Shown piece after piece: positions 33,784 to 43,352 of a stretch of DNA of 43,352 nucleotides (the stretch's first letter is position 1; each line of letters begins with the position of its first letter). The DNA is from Octopus bimaculoides. Taxonomy: Eukaryota. Location of the stretch: contig NC_068991.1 in the NCBI RefSeq assembly GCF_001194135.2, positions 61,623,286 to 61,666,637 on the forward strand. The letters run 5' to 3'. The notes under the pieces were generated by a model, which saw only the letters and a list, made by a program, of their open reading frames with translations, had not been told where the DNA came from and searched no databases. Made by a program: the position numbers and the translations under genes.

Positions 33784-34020
33784 TCTAATATATAAATTCC
33801 GTTTTGTCTGTCTGTCTGTGCACTTATAACTCAAGTAATGCTCACGCGATCGTGCTGAAATTTTAAACATGAATACATGAGAGAGCGGGGTGTTTCATAA
33901 TGTAAACAGATTTTCAAAATTGTCAGTTTCAAAGTAAGAATCGCTATTTTTGTAATATTTTTCCTGTTTATTTCACCATGAAAAGCAACAAGATGCTCAG
34001 ACAGCCGGCACATACTATTT
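33784..34020 (+). mobile_element. Helitron-like 5' fragment
   Basis: A|TCTAATATATAAA followed by (GTCT)n and ataactc...tgaaatttt motifs; no CTAG end found. Confidence 0.5.
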
Positions 34021-34221
34021 CGCTGACAACAAGGCGAGCACAGGAAGACAGTCAGCCAAAACCGTCACTATTCTGTTTTTCATTTTTCTTCTCCCTGTCT
34101 TTGTTTCTGTTCACCTCTATATGTAGAGGGCTCAATACAATTATCTTATAGCAAGTTGAAAAATGTAAAAGCGAAAGAACTGTTATGACATATATACAGT
34201 AATTCCTTCACTTCCTCCTCC

Positions 34222-35470
34222 TCCTTGGAACATTCCAGCAAGTAATAAATCCCTCCTCGGAATTTTCCAGGAAGTAATTACTCCCCCTCCCTCCACCTCC
34301 AGGGATCTTCCAGGAAGTAATTAATACCCCTCGGAACTTTCCAGCAAGTAACGAATCCCCCTCGGAACTTTCCAGGAAGCAATTCCTCCTCGGAATTTTG
34401 CAGGAAGTAATAAGTCCCCACTCGGAACTTTCCAGGGATTAATTCCACCCATCCTCGGAACTTTCCAGGAAGTAATTCCTCCCCTTCCCCGGAACTTTCC
34501 AGGAAGCAATTAATCATCCTCNNNNNNNNNNNNNNNNNNNNNNNNNNNNNNNNNNNNNNNNNNNNNNNNNNNNNNNNNNNNNNNNNNNNNNNNNNNNNNN
34601 NNNNNNNNNNNNNNNNNNNNNNNNNNNNNNNNNNNNNNNNNNNNNNNNNNNNNNNNNNNNNNNNNNNNNNNNNNNNNNNNNNNNNNNNNNNNNNNNNNNN
34701 NNNNNNNNNNNNNNNNNNNNNNNNNNNNNNNNNNNNNNNNNNNNNNNNNNNNNNNNNNNNNNNNNNNNNNNNNNNNNNNNNNNNNNNNNNNNNNNNNNNN
34801 NNNNNNNNNNNNNNNNNNNNNNNNNNNNNNNNNNNNNNNNNNNNNNNNNNNNNNNNNNNNNNNNNNNNNNNNNNNNNNNNNNNNNNNNNNNNNNNNNNNN
34901 NNNNNNNNNNNNNNNNNNNNNNNNNNNNNNNNNNNNNNNNNNNNNNNNNNNNNNNNNNNNNNNNNNNNNNNNNNNNNNNNNNNNNNNNNNNNNNNNNNNN
35001 NNNNNNNNNNNNNNNNNNNNNNNNNNNNNNNNNNNNNNNNNNNNNNNNNNNNNNNNNNNNNNNNNNNNNNNNNNNNNNNNNNNNNNNNNNNNNNNNNCCT
35101 CCTTGGAACTATCCAGGAAGTAATTTCTCCCCTTCTTGGAACTATCCAGGACGTAATTCCATCCCTCCATCCCCCTCCTCGGAAATTTCCAGGAATTAAT
35201 TAATCCCCTTCCTCCCCCTCTTTGGAACTTTCCAGGAAGTAATTTACTCCCTCGGATCTTTCCAGGACGTAATTCCTCTCCATCCTCGGAACTTTCCAGG
35301 ATGTAATTCCTCCCCCTCCTCGGGACTTTCTAGGAATTAGTTAATCCCCATCCTCGGAACTTTCCAGGATGTAATTATCGCCCTTGGAACTTTCCAGAAA
35401 CTAATTCCTCCCCTTCTCCTCTCCTCGGAAATTTCCAGGAAGTGATTAATCCCTATCAGAACTTTCTAGC
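34222..35470. repeat. Minisatellite, ~28-45-bp unit with conserved GGAACTTTCCAGGAAGTAATT core
   Basis: About 9 units left and 11 right of the gap; variable C/T-rich linkers. Confidence 0.92.
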
Positions 35471-35862
35471 ATAGTCTGAACATAAAACAGGTAGAATATT
35501 TCGGTCAGATATGACTGATTTAAACACTACAGAGTAGGGGACAGATTAGATATGTATAGTCCTTTATCTACACATTTTTCCATCTTAAGTCTGCTTGATC
35601 ATGGTTAGCCTGTGGTTAAACAACAGCAATATCTACAACTTCTCTTCCCTACCTTGTTAATCTCATGTCTTGCACTGCAAAGTCCATATTAAACATTCCT
35701 TCACTTTCATATTCCTGCTGAGCCCATGCTTTCCCTCCAGAAATCAATTTGGTTAACTTCAAACCTAAAATTAACCTCATCAGTTCTCACAATACAATGA
35801 TGCTTGTAGTTACTCAGCTTGCTAGAAGTAGCAGTCAAGTCTACCTCAGACTACAGAAAAAC

Positions 35863-36179
35863 AGGAGAACATGACTGTGTGGTAAGAAGTTTGCTTCCCA
35901 GCCACATGGTTCTGGGTTCAGTCCCAAAGCGTAGCACCTTGGGTGAGTGTCTTCTGCTATAGCTTTGAGCCAACCAAATACTTATGAGTGGATTCAGTAG
36001 ACAGAAACTGAAAGAAGCCCGTCGTAGCTGTGTGGTAAGTAGCTACCTTACCAACCACATGGTTCCGGGTTCATTCCCACTGCGTGGCAACTTGGGCAAG
36101 TGTCTTCTACTATAGCCTTGGGCCGACCAAAGCCTTGTGAGTGAATTTGGTAGACAGAAACTGAAAGAAGCCTGTCGTA

Positions 36180-36212
<33 letters not shown>

Positions 36213-36848
36213 NNNNNNNNNNNNNNNNNNNNNNNNNNNNNNNNNNNNNNNNNNNNNNNNNNNNNNNNNNNNNNNNNNNNNNNNNNNNNNNNNNNNNNNN
36301 NNNNNNNNNNNNNNNNNNNNNNNNNNNNNNNNNNNNNNNNNNNNNNNNNNNNNNNNNNNNNNNNNNNNNNNNNNNNNNNNNNNNNNNNNNNNNNNNNNNN
36401 NNNNNNNNNNNNNNNNNNNNNNNNNNNNNNNNNNNNNNNNNNNNNNNNNNNNNNNNNNNNNNNNNNNNNNNNNNNNNNNNNNNNNNNNNNNNNNNNNNNN
36501 NNNNNNNNNNNNNNNNNNNNNNNNNNNNNNNNNNNNNNNNNNNNNNNNNNNNNNNNNNNNNNNNNNNNNNNNNNNNNNNNNNNNNNNNNNNNNNNNNNNN
36601 NNNNNNNNNNNNNNNNNNNNNNNNNNNNNNNNNNNNNNNNNNNNNNNNNNNNNNNNNNNNNNNNNNNNNNNNNNNNNNNNNNNNNNNNNNNNNNNNNNNN
36701 NNNNNNNNNNNNNNNNNNNNNNNNNNNNNNNNNNNNNNNNNNNNNNNNNNNNNNNNNNNNNNNNNNNNNNNNNNNNNNNNNNNNNNNNNNNNNNNNNNNN
36801 NCCAGCATGGCTGCAGTTTAATGACTGAGAACGTAAAAGTAAAAGAAT
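35863..36848 (+). mobile_element. SINE family C with tandem duplicated 5' half (35863-36025, 36026-36180); tail at 36802-36848 after a gap
   Basis: Two consecutive heads joined at gtcgtagctgtgtgg. Confidence 0.8.
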
Positions 36849-36918
36849 GAATGATAGATATCTTGGCTAGAACATCTTTGATCCTAGGTTTGCTGCATTA
36901 GGGCCCAGTGGGGGTTTA

Positions 36919-37180
36919 GGCTCTTGTGCAAGTGGCACATAAAATACACCATTTTGAGCATGGCCGTTGCCAGTACCACCTGACTGGCCTTCATGCCGGT
37001 GGCACGTAAGAGCACCCACTACACTCTCAGAGTGGTTGGTGTTAGGAAGGGCATCCAGCTGTAGAAACTCTGCCAAATCAGATTGGAGCCTGGAGTAGCC
37101 ATCTGGTTTCACCAGTCCTCAGTCAAATTGTCCAACCCATGCTAGCATGGAAGGCAGACGTTGAATGATGATGATGATGA
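36919..37180 (+). mobile_element. SINE family E
   Basis: Twice-repeated gtggcacgtaa motif, ggaagggcatccagc, (GAT)n tail. Confidence 0.8.
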
Positions 37181-37937
37181 GGAGGAGGAATAACAGTCTT
37201 ATTCACTTGAGAGAAGACTTGCAAAAGCTTTTGGCCATTTCAGTGCTTCCACTGACGATGTAATTTAAAGAAAATAAAAATGGTTTCTGGAACAGCATTA
37301 AATAATTAACAGCTGATCATATGCATTGTGTTGAGGGGAGGGGGCTGACTAAGACACACAACACCCTTCCCTCTTACCTCTGCTAGCAATGAAAACGACA
37401 ATAACAACAAGATGTGAATAGCACTTTTTGATTTGCATGCATACAAAGGGCTAAGTTAAGTTTTGTGTTGAAACATGCAATTTTCCAGCTGAATGACTTT
37501 TTTTTTTCCTACTGTGAATCACTCAACCATGAAGTTCTGGTGCAGCACGTGTATAGGGAGATAGACTAAAGCAAGGCAAACATTTTACACTACCGCACAG
37601 GCTTGGTTGGTGGCATAGTTTATTGTTCGCTATTAAGCTGCAGAAGCAACAGCAGAGATGGTGGCGGTGACAGCAGCGATGGCGGCGGTGACAGCAGCGA
37701 TGGCAGCAGTGGTGGCAGCAACAGCAGTGACAGCAGCGACATCAGCAGCACTGGTTGTGCAGCTGTGAAATTGATTAGTTTTTATTTCGCTGTCTTGGAA
37801 TGCTGAGTTCATATTCTCCATCAGTAAAATTTGTCAGTAGATTCCTAAACCAATGAGGGGAACCTCCATGCGGTTTCTCCTCATTCTGGAGATGGCAGCC
37901 AATCAAATCTCTTTCTACCTACATATTCTACATTTAC

Positions 37938-38205
37938 TGTTTACTTATTGCTTATTTCAGTCATTAGATTGTGGTCATGCTGGAGCACTGCCTCGAAGGG
38001 TTTAGTCAAACGAATCAATCCCAGTATGTATTTTAAAGTCTGGGACTTATTCTATCAATCACTGTTGACAAACTACTGAGTCACGGGATGTAAACAAACC
38101 AGCAGCAGCATCAATAAGTCCTGGGGTTAATTTGTTTAACTGAACCTTTCAAAGCAGTGCCCCTACATGGCCACAGTTCAATGAAAGAAACAAGTAAAAA
38201 GATAA
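37938..38205. mobile_element. Two diverged SINE C 3' halves in opposite orientation (- 37938-38110, + 38112-38205)
   Basis: Homology to the family C tail. Confidence 0.65.
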
Positions 38206-38228
38206 ATTGAAAAAAGATATAGTTATGT

Positions 38229-38264
<36 letters not shown>

Positions 38265-38562
38265 CAGTATATGTGTGTGTGTGTGTGTGTATAAAAAAGA
38301 AAACAAAAAATAGAACAAGAACATAACAGGTGACAACAAAACATCCGGACAGTTAGACAATACAGAAAAGGACAGGAAAAAAACAAGGATGGGTCATTCG
38401 GAGCTTCCTATCCTCAGTCGAGTACCAGATTGTCTTAGCAGTTTCAGCCAGTTACACTCGAGACTGCTCCAATCTGGCCAGCCCCAAGAAAATCTAAGCT
38501 AAGAGCACTTCTAATCTCCTTCTGGAGTTTCTGTCTTTTGAGTATAGCCATGTGTGTGTGTG

Positions 38563-38602
<40 letters not shown>

Positions 38603-38734
38603 TGTGAGTGTGAGTGTGTGAATGCATATGTGAATATATGCGTTTTAGCAATACAAAAGTGATGTGGCTGGTTTGTAATAATTTGTGCAATATGGTGACA
38701 AGCCAGCGGAATTGGTACCACACCAAACAAAAAA

Positions 38735-38910
38735 GATCCTTAGCTGCATTTCATCTTTCTGTGTCTTCCATGTTCAAATTCCATTAAAGTCAACTTTATC
38801 CTTTTGGGATCAAAGAGATAAGTACCAGTTGAACACTGGGGTTGATGTCATCAACTTACCCTCTCTCCCAAAATTGCTGGCTTTGTGCCAAAATTTGTAT
38901 TCAATAATTT
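38735..38910 (+). mobile_element. SINE family A, diverged
   Basis: gttcaaattcc...aagtcaactttatcc...gtaccagttgaacactggggttgatg...aaattgctggctttgtgcc. Confidence 0.7.
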
Positions 38911-38945
38911 AGGCAGTAGTTTTCTTGAAATAATGTTTATGTTCT

Positions 38946-39134
38946 ACAGATCAAGGATTTTATGGGGGTCTCTGGCCCTTCTACTCCCTTAATCTGTAGA
39001 TTCATCTTATCTAAGGTTCTCCTGTAATGTTCGTTGATGAACAAGCATATCTTTTTAGGAAAACCTTAGATAAGATGAATTTACAGATTAAAGTAGTAGA
39101 AAGGACAGGGACCCCCATAAAATCCCTAATCTGT
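38946..39134. mobile_element. Palindromic MITE-like element (79-bp arms, 31-nt loop)
   Basis: Arms 38946-39024 and 39056-39134 are 69/79 complementary; TA|CAG...CTG|TG ends. Confidence 0.75.
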
Positions 39135-39423
39135 GAAAGAACCCATTTGAAAGAACCCCATGTATAAATAGCAACTGTATTAGTGTGAAGGATGAACCCA
39201 CAGATTTTCTTGAAACTTATTACTAATATATGCATAAGCAATTAACTGACTTAAATATTAATTGCATTGTTTACTTTGTTTATTTTCTATAATAATACGC
39301 TCTGTTTACATTACAGTCTATACACAACAGATATATTAATAGCTCACTATGCCTATATTCAAACACAATAGATTTTGCAGAAGCAGACATTGGAGTAGTA
39401 ATGAAATATATTGAGCTTCATAA

Positions 39424-39640
39424 GGTGGCGAGCTGGCAGAAATGTTAGCATGCTGGGCAAAATGATCAGTAGTATTTTGTCTGTCTTTATACTCTGAGTT
39501 CAAATTCCGCTGAGGTCGACTTTGCCTTTCATCCTTTCAGGGTTGATAAATTAAGTACCAGTTGCATACTGCGGTTGATCTAATTGACTGGCCCCTTCTC
39601 TCAAAATTTTGGGCTTTGTGCCTGGAGTAGGAAAGAATAT
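39424..39640 (+). mobile_element. SINE family A
   Basis: Full head, core and tail. Confidence 0.85.
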
Positions 39641-39674
39641 ATTGAGCATCATAAGTACATAATAGCATGTACGT

Positions 39675-40014
39675 CGCCTTCCTGGCACTTGTGCTGGTGA
39701 CACGTGAAAAGACATTCGAGTGAGGTCGTTGCCAATGCCGCTGGACTGGCTCCTGTGCAGGTGGCACGTAAAATACACCATTTTGAGCGTGGCCGTTGCC
39801 AGTACTGCCTGACTGGCCTTCGTGCCGGTGGCACGTAAAAGCACCCACTACACTCTTGGCGTGGTTGGCATTAGGAAGGGCATCCAGATGTAGAAACTCT
39901 GCCAAATCAGATTGGAGCCTGGTGTAGCTATCTGGTTCAACAGTCCTCAGTCAAATCGTCCAACCCATACTATCATGGAAAGCGGATGTTAAACGATGAT
40001 GATGATGATGATGA
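39675..40014 (+). mobile_element. SINE family E, longer copy
   Basis: Homologous to 36919-37180; three gtg(g/a)cacgt motifs; (GAT)n tail. Confidence 0.8.
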
Positions 40015-40039
40015 TTTACCTGTTTCTAAGAAAACGAAC

Positions 40040-40326
40040 TGCCAGAATCATTAGCAGACTGGACAAAATGCTTAGTGGCATTTTGTCCATTTTTAGGTGC
40101 TGAGTTCATATTCTGTCGAGGTTAACTTTGCCTTTCATCCTTACAGGGTTGATAAATTAAGTAGCTGTCAAGTACTGGAGTTAATGTGATCAAATCCGCT
40201 CACAAGGCTTTGGTCGGTCCGAGGCTATAGTAGGAGACACTTGCCCAAGGTGCCACACAGTGGGACTGAACCCAGAACCATGTGGTTGGTAAGCAAGCTA
40301 CTTACCACACAGCCACTCCTGCACCT
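40040..40326. mobile_element. SINE A (+, 40040-40190) joined to a SINE C 5' half (-, 40196-40326)
   Basis: Direct homology to the other copies. Confidence 0.75.
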
Positions 40327-40704
40327 ACAAAACTAAGCATTATTTTTCATTTTACACTTAGTTTTATTTCATTTCGAAAAATAAAAACTTATTTTATGGT
40401 TTGCTATTGTTTATATTNNNNNNNNNNNNNNNNNNNNNNNNNNNNNNNNNNNNNNNNNNNNNNNNNNNNNNNNNNNNNNNNNNNNNNNNNNNNNNNNNNN
40501 NNNNNNNNNNNNNNNNNNNNNNNNNNNNNNNNNNNNNNNNNNNNNNNNNNNNNNNNNNNNNNNNNNNNNNNNNNNNNNNNNNNNNNNNNNNNNNNNNNNN
40601 NNNNNNNNNNNNNNNNNNNNNNNNNNNNNNNNNNNNNNNNNNNNNNNNNNNNNNNNNNNNNNNNNNNNNNNNNNNNNNNNNNNNNNNNNNNNNNNNNNNN
40701 NNNN

Positions 40705-40930
40705 ATATGTGTGTATATGTTTGTGTGTCTGTGTTTGTCCCCCCAACATCGCTTGACAACCGATGGTGGTGTGTTTAGGTCCCCGTAACTTAGCGGTTCG
40801 GCATAAGAGACCGATAGAATAAGTACTAGGCATCCAAAGAATAAGTCCTGGGGTCGATTTGCTCGACTAAAGGCAGTGCTCCACCGTGGCCGCAGTCAAA
40901 TGACTGAAACAAGTAAAAGAGTAAAGAGTA
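40705..40930 (+). mobile_element. SINE family C 3' half
   Basis: gtgtttgtcc...catcgcttgacaaccgatg...gactgaaacaagtaaaagagtaaagag. Confidence 0.85.
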
Positions 40931-41298
40931 TATACGGAGGCTCCCAAATCTTTTAGGTGCTTAAGGCTTTGATGAGTCTTAACCCAGCCCTGCTATCATC
41001 CTCTACACACACACACAACATAACTACACCAGTGTTGTCTTCTCTGTTGTTCACTCTTGTACATTATGGTTGATTCCTCCAAAACCCATTTTCTCTCTCA
41101 GCTCACCTGTGCTTTGTTATTCATATACATTGGCATTTAACAGTCACTAAATCATGATTGCTTTATTTCTGCAAACAATAAACAGCTACACCATATTCAT
41201 TGCCTTCTGTTTATCTAGCTTGTAACATTATTGATCTGGATACATCTGGAGAGATCTGTCACATAAATTCTCTCTCCATTTCTATACACGCACACATG

Positions 41299-41366
<68 letters not shown>

Positions 41367-41565
41367 TCATCATCATCATCGTCAAAAATAATTGCAGAGT
41401 TGTTAGTTAAATAAGGGATTAAGAAATAATGCATGAAGTCGCTTTCTTGAATAGCTGTGCATATGGCGCATAAGTCATTAAGCAAAGAATTCCATGTAAG
41501 CCAACTATTATGTCTTCAGAAAGGAACTAAAACAAATGAGATATGTTTAGTTTATATTCTTTTAT

Positions 41566-42242
41566 TCTTTTATTCTTTTATTTGTTTCAGTCATTTGACT
41601 GCAGCCATGCTGGAGCACCGCCTTTTGTCGAACAAATCGACCCCAGAACNNNNNNNNNNGCCATGCTGGAGCACCGCCTTTTGTCGAACAAATCGACCCC
41701 AGAACTTATTCTTTGTAAGCCTAGTACTTATTCTATCAGTCTCTTTGCCGAACTGCTTGTCAAGCGATGGTAGGAGGAGAAACACAGACACAAGCATACA
41801 CACCTGTGGCTGTGTGGTAAGTAGCTTGCTTACCAGCCACATGGTCCCGGGTTCAGTCCCACTGCGTGGCATCTTGGGCAAGTGTCTTCTACTATAACCT
41901 TGGGCCGACCAAAGCCTTGTTAGTGAATTTGTTAGATGGAAACTGGAAGAAGCCTGTCGTATATGTACATATATATGTGTGTGTGTGTGTATATGTTTGT
42001 GTGTCTGTTTGTCCTTCCCAGCATCGCTTTACAACCGATGCTGGTGTGTTTACCTTCTCGTAACTTAGCAGTTCGGTAAAAGAGACCGATAGAATAAGTA
42101 CTAGGCTTACAAAAAATAAGCTCTGGGGTCGATTTGCTCGACTAACTAAAAGGCCGTGCCCCAGCATGGCCGCAGTCAAATGACTGAAACAAGTAAAAGA
42201 GTAAAGAGTATATATATCTATATCTATCTATCTATCTATCTA

Positions 42243-42296
<54 letters not shown>

Positions 42297-42450
42297 GGGC
42301 TTCTTTCAGTTTCTGTCTACCAAATCCACTCACAAGGTTTTGGTTGGCCTGAGGCTATAGTAGAAGACACTTGCCCAAGGTGCCATGCAGTGCAACTGAA
42401 CCCGGAACCATGTGGTTGGTAAGCAAGCTACTTACCACACAGCCACGCTC
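41566..42450 (-). mobile_element. SINE family C (outer, minus strand), split by an inner copy
   Basis: Tail at 41566-41800, head at 42295-42450. Confidence 0.8.
41806..42208 (+). mobile_element. SINE family C (inner, full length, plus strand)
   Basis: Complete head (gtggctgtgtgg...ggttcagtccc), internal microsatellite and tail. Confidence 0.9.
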
Positions 42451-42603
42451 CATGTCCTATGTATCACATGCTGTAAGAGGATTTATGCATTATTTCTTAA
42501 TCCCTTCATTACTGTAACAACTCAGCAATTATGTTTGAATTATAAATTCATACTCGAAAGTGTTACCATGTGTTTTGCTTTTTCCTTATTTCTTTCTAAT
42601 ATA

Positions 42604-42820
42604 CAAGAAATTGTTGAAAAGTTCCTGGCTTTGGGTAAAAGAAAATACAGGAGAATCAGTTAATTAGGATTTTATTTAACATATTCTTCTCTCAGATTCA
42701 CACACTTATTGCAGTGGTCCTTCAGTTTTCTGAAGCCCTGTAAAAGAGCTCAGAAGGATGGGCCTCTAACAAGCCCTTTCCAGATACCCTTAAAACCAGG
42801 AACTTTTCAGCACATCCTTG
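42604..42820. mobile_element. Mariner-type MITE (217 bp)
   Basis: TA|CAAGAAATTGTTGAAAAGTTCCTGGCTTT ... AAAACCAGGAACTTTTCAGCACATCCTTG|TA. Confidence 0.8.
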
Positions 42821-42994
42821 TATGTTTATCTACCTACTCAATGATGAAACACTTATAGCCATTCCTCACTTGTTATTGTCAACAACAATTCTTTTGTTTT
42901 AATTGTTTTAGTTGCGGTTCAAGTCAGAGTTTCAGTAGAAAACCAGCTGAAACACATTATGTCATTTGACGGAATTTTTTTCTATATGTACTCT

Positions 42995-43352
42995 AAATAT
43001 GTGTGTGTGTGTGCATGTGTATGTGAGTGTGTGTGCATGTGTGTGTGCATTGTGCGTGTATGAATTGTGCATGTGTGCATTATGTGTGTGTGTGTGTGCA
43101 CATGCGCATGTATGTGCATGTGTGTGCATGCATATGTGCATGTATGTGTGTGCATGTGTGCATCTGCATGTGTATGCATGTGTGTGTGCATGTATGTGTG
43201 TATGTGTATGTGTGTCTGCATGTATGTATATGTATGTGTGCATTGTGTGTATGTGCATGTGTGCGTATGTGTGTACATATGTGTGTGCATGTGTGAGTGT
43301 ACGTGTGTGCATGTGTATGTGTTTGCATGTGTGTGTGTGTGTGTGTGTGTGT
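42995..43352. repeat. Degenerate (TG)n/(TGCA) alternating purine-pyrimidine tract
   Basis: Direct reading. Confidence 0.92.

Larger units (their letters stand above)
41382..42538. mobile_element. MITE-like element with ~57-bp TIRs containing nested SINE C copies
   Basis: 41382-41437 is the reverse complement of 42482-42538 with few mismatches and indels; no TSD seen. Confidence 0.55.

Noticed and set aside
34222-35470. CRISPR-like array (conserved repeat, variable spacers)
   Set aside because: Linkers are short, low-complexity and related to each other; there are no cas genes and the context is eukaryotic.
37603-37821. Ala-rich / Gly-Ser-Asp-rich ORFs
   Set aside because: Trinucleotide low-complexity tract with no splice context.
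41603-41705. 46-bp direct repeat around a 10-N gap
   Set aside because: Identical flanks of a placeholder gap; assembly artefact.
259-43328. Most ORFs in the six-frame track (YIYI, HTHT, poly-L/I/M, RERE, X-filled)
   Set aside because: Translations of microsatellites, low-complexity tracts or N gaps; no domain signal.

Overview
Repeat-saturated, AT-rich animal genomic DNA from a gapped draft assembly with many N runs. It is most likely an octopus or other coleoid cephalopod; this is inferred from recalled resemblance of the tRNA-derived SINE families, not from a search. There is no prokaryotic system and no CRISPR array. Almost all ORFs in the supplied track are artefacts of microsatellites, low-complexity DNA or N gaps. 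Supportable content: (i) one probable host gene start on the minus strand, with a non-coding exon near 17564-17818, a 194-nt intron, and an exon at 17207-17369 encoding a signal-peptide-like 33-aa N-terminus that ends at a perfect GTAAGT donor, so 1-17206 is probably intronic; (ii) dozens of SINE copies in about five families; (iii) decayed non-LTR retrotransposons (an RTE-like RT fragment and two RLE/R4-Dong-like 3' ends); (iv) DNA transposon relics (Tigger/pogo, mariner, DD37D/maT, hAT MITEs, Helitron, Helentron-type); (v) a 5S rRNA pseudogene joined to a SINE 3' tail; (vi) micro- and minisatellites. The most unusual structures are a GG...CC, 8-bp-TSD MITE with an inverted (TTAGGG)n/(CCCTAA)n core whose empty site survives in a nearby paralog, the 5S-SINE chimera, a minisatellite built from overlapping kB-like/GAS/ETS motifs, a (TAA)n-targeted non-coding retroposon, a twin-priming-type inverted SINE, and several long inverted repeats that would give dsRNA if transcribed.
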